Source: Malacoraja senta
Lineage: Eukaryota
Assembly (NCBI GenBank): GCA_038087875.1
Contig: CM075994.1
Location: forward strand, 6,512,001 to 6,576,000
DNA length: 64,000 bases
Direction: 5' to 3'
A program made the translations under genes and the position numbers. The notes under the pieces were generated by a model. The model was not told the DNA's origin, made no database searches, and was given only the letters and a program-made list of their open reading frames with translations. Positions 13,101 through 25,800 of the stretch are shown here, one piece after another; position 1 is the stretch's first letter, and each line of letters starts with the position of its first letter.

Positions 13101-16100
13101 CGCCGCAGCAGAGGTGAGTGAGTGAGTGAGTTACTGGCATTATCCCCGACCCCCTCCTTCTCAACACTCCTGACCTCCCCGTAACTTTAACCCCACACGC
13201 TGTGAAAGGAACTCTTCCCCCCAATTGGTCCCTTGAACAAGTGTTGTCATTCAATAAGATCACAACTGATTCAACTTGTCCCAGTGTGTTCCTGTTTTTC
13301 CCACCATCTCTCCACCTGCCATCACCCTTCACCCCCCCTACCCATTCAGTAATTCAGAATAAAGGAGACATGGAAGCCTTGGGCAATTTGAATTGTTACT
13401 GTCTTAATTTTTATTTTTTATTTTTACGGGGAGAACAATGCGCATGCGCCGTTTAAGTTGGGTTTTTTAAAGCCGACTGACTGCCTACCCTGAGTAATCA
13501 CTCACGGCACGTGCCTGCCAAAGACGTACAGGTTTGTAGGTTAATTGGCTTGTTAAAAATGTTAAATTGTCCAAGTTGGCGATATGCAGAGTACTGCCCT
13601 GCCGAGTACAAAATTCAGAAGGTTCAGAAGGTTAAGGGGAGCCAGTATAACAGTATTGTTATCTCTGACCACAGCCCTGTGCAACTAGATATAGGCTTCC
13701 TAGACTGCCCTAGACCTCGATGCACTTGGCAGTTGGATCCTCTGTTGCTATCTATGGAGTCCTTCAAAAGATTTCTTTCTCAACAAATAGACACCTTTAT
13801 GGAAATTAATAATACTCCAGACATGCACTTAGCGACTATCTGGGAGGCTCTTAAAGCCTACGTTCGAGGCCAGATAATCTCATATACAGCATATGAGAGG
13901 AAGAAATATAAACAACGTCTGACAGAACTGTCCCACAGTATAGCGGACCGTTTGTATGCCAATTCGCCAACACCTGAACTTTACAAGGAGAAATTACTTA
14001 AAGAGGAATTTGACAATTTATCCACCAGACAAACAGAGCAAATCAAATCAAAGCAGATTTTTTATGAACACGGAGAAAAGGCAGGAAAACTTTTAGCTCA
14101 CCAGATCAGACAGTCCACAGCCGCCAGTACTATTCCTGAAATTTTAATATTGCCGGGGGTAAAGACTACTGCTCCCAATGCCATCAATGACTAGTTTAAG
14201 CAGTTTTATTTTTCCCTCTATGCTTCAGAACCACCCAGTGATCTGTCATGTATTCCTGCCTTCTTAGACAGCCTGTATATCCCAGAAATTACTAGAGGAC
14301 CAAGCACAAGTTGACTGGGAAATATCAACTGAAGAAATATTACAAGCAATTAAATCGATGCAGAGCAACAAAGCTCCAGGACCAGACGGTTTCCCAATTG
14401 AAATATACAAAGAATTTGCAATCAAACTGGCTCCAACACTTAAATTGTTGTATCAGGAAATTTTTAGCCAACCGAAACTACCTCAAACAATGTCACAGGC
14501 AACCATATCAGTCCTACTCACAAAAGATAAAGATCCACTATGTAAGCTTGTTGAATTGTGATTATAAAATCCTCACAAAAATGTTAGCCACCCGTCTTGA
14601 AACAGTAGTCTCCAAAGTTATTAACCCTGACCAAACTGGATTTATTTGGCAGGCAGTCGTTCTATAACATGCGGCGCCTAGTTAATGTATTGTATACACC
14701 TCACACCACAGAACAATCGGAAGTAATTATTTCTTCAGACGCCGAGAAGTCATTCGACCGTGTCGAATGGCAATATTTGTTTGCTGTTCTCAAAAGATTT
14801 GGCTTTGGTCCATCATTTTTATCATGGATTAAAATATTATATTTTGCGCCAATGGCAGCTGTGCGGACCAACAATATAATCTCTGACTACTTCCAGCTCC
14901 ATAGGGGCTGTAGACAGGGCTGCAGCCTTTCTCCCTACATTTGATTTGGAAATAGAACCACTTGCTATAGCTCTTAGGACAGAAGATGGTGTCAGAGGTA
15001 TCTTTCGATGTGGTAAATCTCACAAAGTATCGCTGTACGCGGACGACCTGCTGGTATATATATCCAATCCAACTGATTCCATACCAAAGCTACTGCATAT
15101 ATTAGAGAATTTTGGCCGCCTGTCAGGTTATAAGCTAAATTACTCAAAGAGCTTGCTTTTCCCAATCAATCACACTGACAGCGACTATTCCAGCTTCCCA
15201 TTTAAACTTGAGAAAAATGTATTTACTTATCTGGGAATTAAAGTCACCCATACCATGGGAGGTTTACACAGCCATAACTTTAAATCATTAATAGAACGAA
15301 CAACACAGGACTTCAAAAAATGGTCAACACTACCACTCTCATTAGTAGGCCGCATCAATATCATTAAAATGACAGTTTTACCTAGATTTCTTTACCTTTT
15401 TCAAATGATCCCCATATTCATACTTAGGACAACTTTTCAGCAATTAGATAGACTAATCTCATCATTTATTTGGAACAATTCAAATCCCAGGATGAAGAAA
15501 ATATACTTGGAAGTTCCTAAGAAGGGTGGTCTAGGTTTGCCGAACTTTATCTATTACTAATGGGCTGCAAATATTGTAAAACTTTTACATTGGACATATC
15601 CATATGAGAGTAAACAGGGCACAGACTGGGCACAGATGGAACTCCAATTTGATCCTCTATCGATAATCACCTGCTCACTACCTTATAATCGTAAAATACA
15701 AATGACAAACCCGATGGTTAAAACCTCGCTTATAATATGGCTACAGTTCAGGAAACATGTTGGACTAAAAGGTACCAGCAGGCTTTTCCCGGTGGCAAAT
15801 AATCATTTTTTTACATCCTCCATGTTAAATACTGCGTTTTCATATTGGCATAGGAATGGCCTGGTATTTTTTTGTGACTTGTTTACTGACGGAACGTTCA
15901 CTTCCTTTGAAACGCTTGCTGAAGACCACAATATACCCAGATCTCATTTCTTCAGGTATCTTCAAATACGTAGCTTTGCTTCTTCTTCTTGCGTATGGCG
16001 TGCACAGCCTAAAGTTGTAGGACAACTTGTTCTATTTGATCTTATTTGATTGTGCACGCCAGGTTGATTTTATTCATTGAAACAGGGCGGACCACGTGAA

Positions 16101-19100
16101 GGTTGCAATCTCCCACCCCGTAGCTTTGCTAAAACAGTGTTTCCCTCATTTCCTCATCTGTTCACTAAGAGCCAATTAGACACTATTCTGGAGTTGGACC
16201 CCTTTCACAAGAAACGTGTTTCAACAATTTACACGTTAATACAGGAATTAAAACAGATAACATGGGACAAAACTAAAGCGGCATGGGAGAGGGACCTGGG
16301 TGTAGAGATTTCTGATGATGTGTGGCGAGAGAACTTAATTCGTATACACACCTCTTCGCTGTGTATACCCCATGGGTTGATCCAATTTAAAGTGCTTCAC
16401 CATCTTCATTATTCAAGAGACAAACTTGCCAGAATCTTTTTTACCACAGATCCCGGCTGCCCTAGATGTGGCCATAGCCCAGCCTCTGTAGGACACATGT
16501 TTTGGACATGTCCATCTCTCACCAGCTACTGGGGAAACATATTTGAGGTATTCTCCCATATCTGCAGACAGACTATAAATCCTGACTTGCACACAGCTTT
16601 CTTTGGAATACCACCCCCAAACTGTAAGCTGACAAATTTACAAGCAAATGCTTTAGCTAAATATTTGCTTTAGCATTTGCATCATTGTTTGCTCGCAGGC
16701 TTATTCTTTTCAACTGGAAGTCAAAAAGAGCTCAATCTTTTTTTCCAGTGGTTAAAGGAGGTGCTCTCCTTTTAACCTTTGAAATGATCAGGTGCAAGGC
16801 CCACAGAAACTTCGCTCTGAACTGGAACCCTTTTATAGATATTATTAAAGATTTTTCCTTTAACTGAAAATATTGTCTACACAGTCATTATCATTTCTTT
16901 TATATTTGTATGTGGCTGTTGTTAACATGTAACATTTGAACACAAAGACTCTGCCTTTTTTTTATTTTTTTATTTTATTAATTTTTTTCTCTTTCTCCTT
17001 TTTGAGCCTCAGGGATGGGGAGGGGGATATATAAGTTTTGTACTGTTCTGTACTGTTAGTTGGTGTTCTGTGTAAATTTGTGTTTATAACTTGAAAACCA
17101 AAAATAAAGTTATTTTAAAAAAAGCATGTCCTACCATGTCTTGCGACCAGCTTCCTCCTGAAATAAATAAAACACAAATCTCAATAGACTGAGATGGATC
17201 GTCATGATCCCCACGGCGGGTATTTCACCAAATTGCAACAGAACAACCCTCTGATAATTCCCATTTCCCAACTCTGTGCCACTGTCACACAGACAGAAAG
17301 CGGATATTGTCGTTGAGACATCGAACACGGGGGAAAGCATTAGGAATGTCGATGAAAATAATTGCGATTATGCAACTTACGAGTAAGACTGGACAGGTCA
17401 TGGGATTTTATCTGGAGATGTCAGAGATAACGGGATGGAACATTTTAAGATCAGCGGCAGATTCAAGTGGGTGGGGGTTGAAAATATTATCAATACTTGT
17501 GGAGAGAAGAAAAATAAAACCTGAAATGTATAATGGCCTTTAATAAATTCCACAAGAAATGCAGTAAACAGAACGTGGAACTCACAGGGTGGCCTGAAGA
17601 CAATATTGCAGATACATTTATGTTGAATTGGGATAAATACATGAGGATTCCTGGAATTTGGGGCATTATTGTCAGATGTGGTGAGTAGATGGAACAGACG
17701 GAACATTGACCCAGTACTGAATTACTGGTAAATGCAGCATTTATTTCAGAATTTTGACCCACCATTTTGCGACTGTGCACTTTCACTTCGCCAAACTGTA
17801 GTTTTACCCCTCACCTTTAGAAATATCACACCATCCTTGTGGTCTGTCTGTTTCTGTAACTTTGAGAGTTCCTCCTGAATGGAATTTAAATTATCTTGTA
17901 TCTCTTGAAGATTTTTCTCCATTGATTTTACAATCTTCTCCTCTTCTTCCCGGACATCTCCGAGTAAGTGCTGCTCTTTATCAATGAGAACCTGTTGCAG
18001 TTCAACAAACTGGGATGTGATCAGTGACTGAAGGTTGCGCGACTCTTCCTATCAGATGAAAGATTAAAATCAATATATTATGTCACTCTTGAGTGCAGAA
18101 ATATGCCATTCGGCCCAACATGTCCATGCTGGGCTCTGTACGTATCTACACTAATCCCATTTACATGTATTTAATCCGTAGCTTTGGCAATTCAAAAGCT
18201 CGTCTTGATAATTCAGAAATATTTGGTGAAAGTAAAGTACAATCACATCATTCCCATTTTCTCAGTACAATTCCCTGCAACCTATTCCATTTCATGTGTC
18301 CATTAACCCTCAGTGGACAGAACCAGGTCACCAGAACAAGCAGACAGCAGCACCACTTAGAATGACAGACTTCATAGAGTCATACAGCAAGGGATGTTAG
18401 ATACCGACCAAGATGCCCCATCTGCACTATTTCCACTTGTCCGCATTTGGCCAAGACAGTTCTAAAACTTTTCTCTTTTATAATTTTTAAACGTTGTTAC
18501 TGTACCTGACTCAACGGCAGCTCGTTCCAGGTACCCACTACCAACGTTGTCCTTCATGTTCATTTTAAATCTTTTCCCACTCACCTAAAACTTATACCCT
18601 CACATTCTCGATTTCACTACTAAGGGTAAAAGACTGACCATCCAACGTATCATTCTGTTTCATGATATTATACACCTGCCACAGACCATTCTTCAGACTG
18701 CTGCGCTCCATGGAGTAAATTCCTTGGCTGCTCAACCTCTCCCAAGAGTTCTGGCCCTCGACTACTGAGTTCTATAGAGGTGCCAAATTATTGCTCACAT
18801 CACAGGGATGCAATCTACGCAAAAACATTAAATCGATAGTACAAAGACTCACCTGAACTCCAGAAATGCTCTCTTTCTGTTCCTGCTCCGTTTTCTGGAT
18901 CTCTGATTCCTTTTCTGTGAGAGATTTGAAAGAAGATTTCACCTGTTCCTGTGGTTGGGTTTCAGATCAGATAATAAAAATGTCAGACAATAAAGAAAAG
19001 ATTAGACAATGATGTGATTAAAAGTGATTTGGTTTTACCTTGTAGAATTCAATTGCTTCTTCTATCAGCATTAAGCTGTGAGACTTGTGTTCCCGCGCAG

Positions 19101-19449
19101 TTGTGCAAATCAAACAGATTAGTTTCTTGTCAGTTTTACAAAACAGTTTCAGTTCTTCCTGATGTTTCTCGCAGTGAAGTTTACTTTTCTTCGCTTTGAG
19201 ATTCAGGCTCAGTCTTCGGGCTTTCTCGGACAGTCTAACCAAGGCCCGATTCACCCTGAGGGTGCGATCTGCAGACTCCTCTCTGCATTCCGGGCAGGAG
19301 TTTCTCGCCTCCCTGTCCCAACTCTTTGTGATGCAGGGGCGGCAGAAGTTGTGCCCACACTCCAGTACCACCGGATCGGTGAAGAACTGCAGGCAGATGG
19401 GACAAACTACCTCCTCAGTCCAACTCTCGACCTGGTCTTTCGCAGCCAT
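6931..19449 (-). CDS. TRIM gene copy A: RING-B-box-coiled-coil-PRY, SPRY deleted (369 aa predicted)
   Basis: Exons 19449-19039, 18948-18853, 18048-17815, 17157-17135, 9114-8996, 7157-6931; all GT-AG and in frame (1110 nt). May be a pseudogene. Confidence 0.8.
7316..7600 (-). mobile_element. CR1 LINE 3' fragment
   Basis: FTQRVVNLWNSLPQRAVEA; CR1 tail. Confidence 0.85.
8362..8923. mobile_element. Non-autonomous hAT element with a Charlie-like end nested at about 8640-8685
   Basis: TIRs CATGGGCA(G/T)AAATC; 8-bp TSD caggcagg/aatgcagg; empty site catgcagg in the paralogous sequence near 63985. Confidence 0.75.
8996..9114 (-). CDS. TRIM A exon 5 (linker, 119 bp)
   Basis: ttgcag|G GTT AGT GAT...CAA G|gtaaaa; VSDEAKPILVVDGALPMEKF. 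Confidence 0.8.
9315..9997 (+). mobile_element. 5'-truncated CR1-group LINE of a distinct family inside the L1 5'UTR
   Basis: YFTLVRPHLDYAVAAWDPY...IERVQRQAARFV; (CCAAGA)n tail; possible TSD GAGTTG at 9309-9314 and 9998-10003. Confidence 0.75.
11914..13575 (+). mobile_element. tRNA-derived SINE inside L1 ORF2, split by a hAT element
   Basis: SINE head at 11914-12064 resumes at 13526. Confidence 0.8.
12065..13517. mobile_element. Non-autonomous hAT DNA transposon (1453 bp) with a long internal palindrome
   Basis: Perfect 14-bp TIR CAGGCACGTGCCGT; 8-bp TSD CCAAAGAC at 12057-12064 and 13518-13525. Confidence 0.9.
17135..17157 (-). CDS. TRIM A exon 4 (23-bp microexon)
   Basis: ttcag|GAGGAAGCTGGTCGCAAGACATG|gtagga; conserved in all four copies. 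Confidence 0.8.
17815..18048 (-). CDS. TRIM A exon 3 (coiled coil, 234 bp)
   Basis: EESRNLQSLITSQF...DGVIFLK, AG/GT borders. Confidence 0.88.
18853..18948 (-). CDS. TRIM A exon 2 (coiled coil, 96 bp)
   Basis: EQVKSSFKSL...ISGVQ|gtgagt. Confidence 0.88.
19039..19449 (-). CDS. TRIM A exon 1 (RING plus B-box2)
   Basis: CPIC..CGHNFCRPC..CPEC RING; CEKH..C..D..C..C..H..H B-box; AAG|gtaaaa donor. Confidence 0.92.
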
Positions 19450-19586
19450 TTTCACTCCGGAACTTCTTGCAAGGTTCAAAATGTTTTCACTGACGTCGGG
19501 CTGCTGAACCTCTGCAGTACCGCGACTGCCCGCTGCCATCCCGGGCAATGAATGCTATTTGGCTGCAAGTCTTCAGTGTGAAGGTG

Positions 19587-19741
19587 CACAAAAATGCTGG
19601 AGAAACCGACGTCTGAAGAAGGGTTTCGGCCCGAAACGTTGCCTATTTCCTTCGCTCCATAGATGCTGCTGCACCCGCTGAGTTTCTCCAGCATTTTTGT
19701 GTACCTTCGATTTTCCAGCATCTGCAATTCCGTCTTTAACA
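19587..19741 (+). mobile_element. Penelope-derived mini-element with 5' inversion
   Basis: TSD CTTCAGTGTGAAGGTG at 19571-19586 and 19742-19757; paralogous sites near 36385 and 46969 are empty. Confidence 0.85.
19613..19640 (+). ncRNA. Minimal type I hammerhead ribozyme motif
   Basis: CUGAAGA-A-GGGU(UUCG)GCCC-GAAACGUU. Confidence 0.7.
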
Positions 19742-20815
19742 CTTCAGTGTGAAGGTGTCCTGGCCACTTCCAACTAATCACACACGCCGGGATGATATAG
19801 ACTAAAGTGGAGTGATTGCCCCGGGATTGTGGATGACAGGACAGGGATCAGCGCTAAGGAGGTGTAACTGTTGGGCAGTGGAACCCGCCGCCCGCATCTC
19901 CGTTCACAGCCCGGGACCAGGATGGGCGGAAACATATTTTAATCCACATCAGTACACTCGTCTCTCATGCACCAGTCTTCAGGTCCAACTATATTTGGAG
20001 AAACCGTGCTGAGTTTTGTTCTCTCTGTTGTATGAAGAATGTGGATAAATTGTAAAGGATGTAGACAATATTTATGAGGATGTTGCCTGGGCCTGAGGGC
20101 CTCACGAAAGGGAGAGGTTGGGCAGACTACGACCTTATTCATTGGAACGCAGTAGGATGAGGTGTGAAATATCACGACTGGAATAATCCTGACTTTAAAC
20201 ATGGTTATTAACTCAAGGGCCGCAATCTAATAGGAACTGGTGAACTCAAGGAATCCAGTGGCACAATCCAGGGACACAATTTTAAGTATTTTTCCCCCAC
20301 CTTAAATACAGTTAATTACCGCAAATGCTTGAATGAAATAAACTGTCTGAAAAACGATGACCGCAACACTTTCTTCAAAGTGGTTGAAGATCAAATGTCC
20401 TTGGAAATGCCGGATTCTTTTTCAGTCACCGCCACTGCTCCCACGGCGATGCCGGCCTCCACCATCGGAATCTGTTCATTTCTGGCCCAGATTCACCATC
20501 CTTACGGGCAATGGGTTAATATATCGGCCGATTCCGCAGTATCGGGTTTTACCAGCAGGTGGGGACCCTGCGCCGCGCAAACATTTAGACAGCTCGGCAT
20601 CACCTGATGTGGAATAAAATATGTTTACTTCCATCCTGGTCTTTCATGGTTGAATGCGGCACTGCAGTGAACTGAACTTCCTGACATGCATGAGGTTGTG
20701 TGCATGAAATTTGTACTATCCTTCTTGACGTGCTGCATTTTTTTTTTTAAATCTGCTATTTTAAAGTTCTACAAGCATGCGATTTGTTTAATGTAATAAT
20801 TTATAATGCTTGGTT

Positions 20816-21437
20816 TATAGAAACATAGAAAATAGGTGCAGGAGTAGGCCATTCTGCCCTTCGAGCCTGCACCGCCATTCGATATGATCATGGCTGATCA
20901 TCCAACTCAGTATCCCATCCCTGCCTTCTCTCCATACCCCCCTGATCCCTTTAGCCACAAGGGCCACATCTAACTCCCTCTTAAATATAGCCAATGAACT
21001 GGCCTCAACTACCTTCTGTGGCAGAGAATTCCACAGATTCACCACTCTCTGTGTAAAAAATGATTTTCTCATCTCAGTCCTAAAAGACTTCCCTCTTATC
21101 CTTAAACTGTGACCCCTAGTTCTGGACTTCCCCAACATCGGGAATAATCTTCCTGCATCTAGCCTGTCCAACCCCTTAAGAATTTTGTAAGTTTCTATAA
21201 GATCCCCCCTCAATATTCTAAATTCTAGCGAGTACAAACCGAGTCTATCCAGTCTTTCTTCATATGAAAGTCCTGCCATCCCAGGAATCAGTCTGGTGAA
21301 CCTTCTCTGTACTCCCTCTATGGCAAGAATGTCTTTCCTCAGATTAGGAGACCAAAACTGTATGCAATACTCCAGGTGTGGTCTCACCAAGACCCTGTAC
21401 AACTGCAGTAGAACCTCCCTGCTCTTATACTCAAATT
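20816..21437 (-). mobile_element. CR1 LINE 3' fragment
   Basis: LYRVLVRPHLEYC...RGDLIETYK; CR1 tail. Confidence 0.9.
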
Positions 21438-22352
21438 ATTTTGTTATCGTTGTTGATGTCCAGAATTCACTGGGACATAAGAGTCTGCAGATGCGGCACA
21501 TGCATGAGGTGGAATAGTGGAGAGACCCTCAATGCAGGGACGAGAAGTGAACTTCTGGTGAAATTAAATCGATCAAGAAGCATTTGTGGAAGCTATGAGC
21601 GGATCCTCTTTGAGGGTAAAGACCCCCTAAACATGACGAATTGATACATTAATAGATTAATGCAATAGTTACATTTAATCCCCTTTTGTTGAATTTGGAT
21701 AATTTGCACGACCAGTAAAATTCACAAGAACCTAATAGAAAGATTGTGTTTATTCGAACGACGTGCCTTGGTGCTTTCAGTGTGTAAATGAAATAAACCC
21801 CAAACTGTATGGACTTTAGAGCTTGGTTTTAAAATCTGGTTGAGTGAAATGCTTTTGTTGCGTGCACTCCAGTCAGCGGAAAGACAATGCATAACTACAA
21901 TCGAGCCATTACAGTGTATCATAATCATAATCATCATCAAGGCCACCAGCTCCCTGATGTTAGGCCAGAGTGACCACAGATATGATCCGGAAAACAATCG
22001 CATCTCCGGCAAGGTAAGAGATTGAAAAAAAAGTTTCCCCCCACACCCTCCCCCCCCCCCCCCCCCACACACACACAAAACACACCAGAGAAGATTAACC
22101 CATACTTTTAAAACATACTGAAAATAACAAAAAATACGAAAAGACAGACAGACTGTTGTGTGATGCAGATCCACCAATGAGGTAGATTAGTTGTTCAGCA
22201 CTGTTCTCTGGTTGTGGTAGGATGAGTCAGTTGCCTGATGACAGCTTGGAAGAAACAGTCCCTGAATCTGGAGGTGTGCGTTTTCACACTTTCAACTCTG
22301 CCCCACAGCCCCTGAGCCCCGCTCCTGACGCCGGTCCCGGAACCGGACCCTT

Positions 22353-22888
22353 TTACACACCCGGAGCGGAACCGGAGCAGATTCTCAGCCACTGGTTTTC
22401 ATGGCAAGTCGCGAAGTAAGGATAAAGTTTCTCCGTGAATTTATTCCCAGTGAAGGTGTGGAGATGGGACTTGGTGTCCGCGTCGTAAAATGAAACTGTC
22501 CCAGACTCGTAACTGAGATAAACTCCCACCTTCCCGGGGATGGGACGGGCGGGGAGAGGGGATGGAGGGGAGGTGAACGCATTAAACACGTCACCCCAAC
22601 CCCGCCAAATGCTCCAGACTCCAGTCTCCGGGATCAGTGCGACCTGTCTCTTCCTCTCCACAGACTCCGCGGCGACTCCCAGACTCCACCACTGACTCCC
22701 CTCCACCTCCACCTCCCAGTAATGTCTTCCTGCTGTGAATCCCTCCGATCCCAGCACACACGGACTGTCTGTAAACCTCTTCCCGGTGTCAGGGAGACTC
22801 CTTCCGGTCCGAATCCCTCTCACCCTCTTCCGATCCTCAGAAACCTCGAGCCGCGGATGCGCTGTTTCCACATCCAGGGTGACGGAGA
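22353..22888 (-). CDS. TRIM B exon 6 (PRY-SPRY/B30.2)
   Basis: VTLDVETAHP, GRHYWEVEV, VGVYLSYESGTVSFY, LYPYF. Confidence 0.93.
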
Positions 22889-25800
22889 CTGGGGGGAGAA
22901 ACAGAGAATCAGAGAGTCCCTGGGCGTCGGGGGTTAGACTCGGGCAGCAGCAGGCAGCCCCGGGACCGGGTGAGAAGTCGCTCGGCCTCAGGCACAGGTG
23001 GGCGGACAACTGAAACCTTGCCACGGGCATTGGGAACCTGAGGGGGCGGAGCAGTGGGATTGGGGCAGGATTTTCAAGAGGGGAGGTGGGGTCGAGTGCG
23101 GACAGTGACGATGGATGAGAGATTGCGGTTGGCATTGACAAATGAGGAGGTGTATTCAGAAGCTGGGGACCCTTCTTCAGAAATTCAATATTCCGATATA
23201 TCTTGCTGGTGGTGGGGGGGTGGGAGATTGTAGGAAGAGGAGATTGATGCGAGTGGTAATTAGAGGTAATTAAAGAGGAGGTAGAGTGTGGTGGAGTCAC
23301 CATGATCATACTGAACAAGGGCGGAAATGAGGGGCCAGGTGACCTGCTTCTGTTTTCTTGAGAGGCGGTGAGACAGAGGGAGGGGTGTGTACGCCTGTCA
23401 GTTGTGTTCAGAGATAGAAACATAGAAAATAGGTGCAGGAGGAGCCATTCGGCTCTTCGAGCCAGCTCCGCCATTCATTGTGATCATGGCTGATCGTCCC
23501 CAATCAATAACCCGTGCCTGCCTTCTCCCCATATTCCTTGATTCCACTAACCTCTAGAGCTCTATCTAACTCTCTCTTAAATCCATCCAGTGATTTCGCC
23601 TCCACTGCCTTCTGTGGCAGGGAATTCCACAAATTCACAACTCTCTGGGTGAAAACGTTTTTTCTCACTTCAGTCTTAAATGGCCTCCCCTTTATTCTAA
23701 GACTGTGGCCCCTGGTTCTGGACTCGCCCAACATTGGGAACATTTTTCCTGCATTTAGCTTGTCCAGTCCTTTAAAAATTGTATATGTTTCTATTAGATC
23801 CCCCCTCATCCTTCTAAACTCGTGAATACAAGCCTAGTCTTTTCATTCTTTCCTCATATGACAGTCCCGCCATCCCAGGGATCAATCTTGTGAACCTACG
23901 CTGCACTGCCTCAATCACAAGGATGTCCTACCTCAAATTAGGAGACCAAAACTGTACGCAATACTCCAGATGTGGTCTTACCAGAGCCCTATACAACTGC
24001 AGAAGAACCTCTCTACTCCTATACTGAAATCCTCTTGTTATGAAGGCCAACATTCCATTAGCTTTCTTCACTGCCTGCTGTACCTGCACGCCAACTTTCA
24101 GTGACTGGTGTACAAGGACACCTAGGTCTCGCTGTACCTCCCCCTTACCTAACCTAACCCCATTGAGATAATAATCTGCCCTCTTGTTTTTGCCACCAAA
24201 GTGGATAACCTCACATTTATCTATATTATACTGCATCTGCCATGCATCTGCCCACTCACTCAACCTGTCCATGTCACCCTGCAACCTCCTAACATCCTCT
24301 TCACAATTCACACCGCCACCTAGCTTTGTGTCATCCGCAAACTTGCTTGTGTTGCACCTAATTCCCTCTTCCAAATCATTAATATATATGGTAAACAGTT
24401 GCGGCCCCAACACCGAGCCTTGCGGCACTCCCCTCGCCACTGCCTGCCATTCTGAAAAGGACCCGTTCATTCCTACTCTTTGCTTCCTGTCTGTCAACCA
24501 ATTTTCTATCCATGTCAACACCCTACCCCCAATACCATGTGCTCTAATTTTAGTCACTAGTCTCCCGTGAGGCACCTTATCAAAGGCTTTCTGAAAGTCT
24601 AGATACACTACATCCACTGGCTCTCCTTCATCCATTTTACTTGTCACATCCTCAAAAAATTCCAGATGATTAGTCAAGCATGATTTTCCTTTCATAAATC
24701 CATGCTGACTTGGACTAATCCTTTTACCGCTATCCAAATGCCCCAAAATCCATGGAAGCTCAGAGCTTCCGTGGATTTTGAAGAAACAGCAGCAAAGAGA
24801 AGCAGGAAAAAGCACTGATTGGCTCTAGCCCGTGTGGGAGGAGAGTTAGAAGTGAGTCAGAGGGGGGAAACATTTTAAAAAGAGCGGCAAAGCACAGACA
24901 GACTTAACTCAGACCTTCCGTAGATTTTGAAGAAACAGCAGCAAAGTAAAGCAGGAAAAAGCACTGCTTGGCTCTAGCCCATGTGGGAGGAGAGTTAGAA
25001 GTGAGTCACGGGGGGTAAACAGTTTAAAACTGAGGAATTTGGTTTGTAAATTGGTAAATTAGGCAATTTATCAGTCAATATAAGCAAGACGGCTCTTAGG
25101 GAGCGGCAGTGAAGATGCGGCCTTGTGAGTAAAGAGTGAGTCTTTGGCTCAAGAGTCTTCGGCGAGGAGGCTGAGGAGGCTACTCATAAAGCTCGAGAGG
25201 ACGGAACGCAGTGAACACATGTCGGGGCAGATGAGACAGTGTGAGGCTTGCAGAATGTGGGAACCCAGGGACACGGATAGAGCCTCTGGCTGCTACAACT
25301 GTGGCAAGTGCGTCCAGCTTCAGCTCTTAAAGGACCGTGTTGGGGCACTGGAGAAGCAGCTGGATGACCTCAGGGCCATCCGGGAAAACGAGAGTTTCCT
25401 GGACAGAACCTACAGTGAGGTTGTCAGGCCGAGGATACGGGAAGAAGGAAGGTGTGTGACGGAGAGAAAGGGTGGTAATCGTGGAGTGCAGGAGACCCAT
25501 GTGGCTGTGCCTAATGAAAACAGGTACGCCCTCTTGGGAACTGTCGGGGGAAACGATGTTTCCAGTCCGAGCGGCGGACACGTCGGTGGCTCCAATCCTA
25601 GAGATGGGACTCGTCCGGTGAGACCGATGTCGGGCAGAGCCCTAGTGGTGGGTGACTCCTGTCCGAGGAGCTGACAGGAGATTCTGTGGCGGCAGATGAG
25701 ATGCGAGGATGGTTTGTTGCCTCCCTGGTGCCAGGGTTCAGGATGGCAAGAGCCGAATTCAGAACATCCGCGAGAGAGAAGGTGAATAGCCGTCAGTAGT

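Larger units (their letters stand above)
9202..17119 (+). mobile_element. Full-length decayed L1-clade LINE (5'UTR, ORF1 about 10086-10900, ORF2 about 11248-16867) in TRIM A intron 4
   Basis: 5' G run; ORF1 DDLEGRQRRCNARIIGI and IFPDY; APE endonuclease (SWNIKG, LQETH, GGDFN, SDH); RT LYADD; CCHC finger; AATAAA plus A tail; TSD AAAAGCATGTCCTACC at 9186-9201 and 17120-17135. Confidence 0.95.

Noticed and set aside
19450..19548. N-terminal extension of TRIM A
   Set aside because: Depends on a non-ATG start; paralogues start at the equivalent MA(A/S)KD
22889..23474. N-terminal 195 aa of the 373-aa ORF as a single-exon protein
   Set aside because: It is intron and CR1-tail sequence read through into exon 6; a polypyrimidine-CAG acceptor sits at 22889-22890 as in copies A and C
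25082..25185. HDV-like ribozyme in the CR1 5'UTR (CTTCGGCGAG)
   Set aside because: I could not build the P1/P2/P3/P1.1 nested pseudoknot by eye
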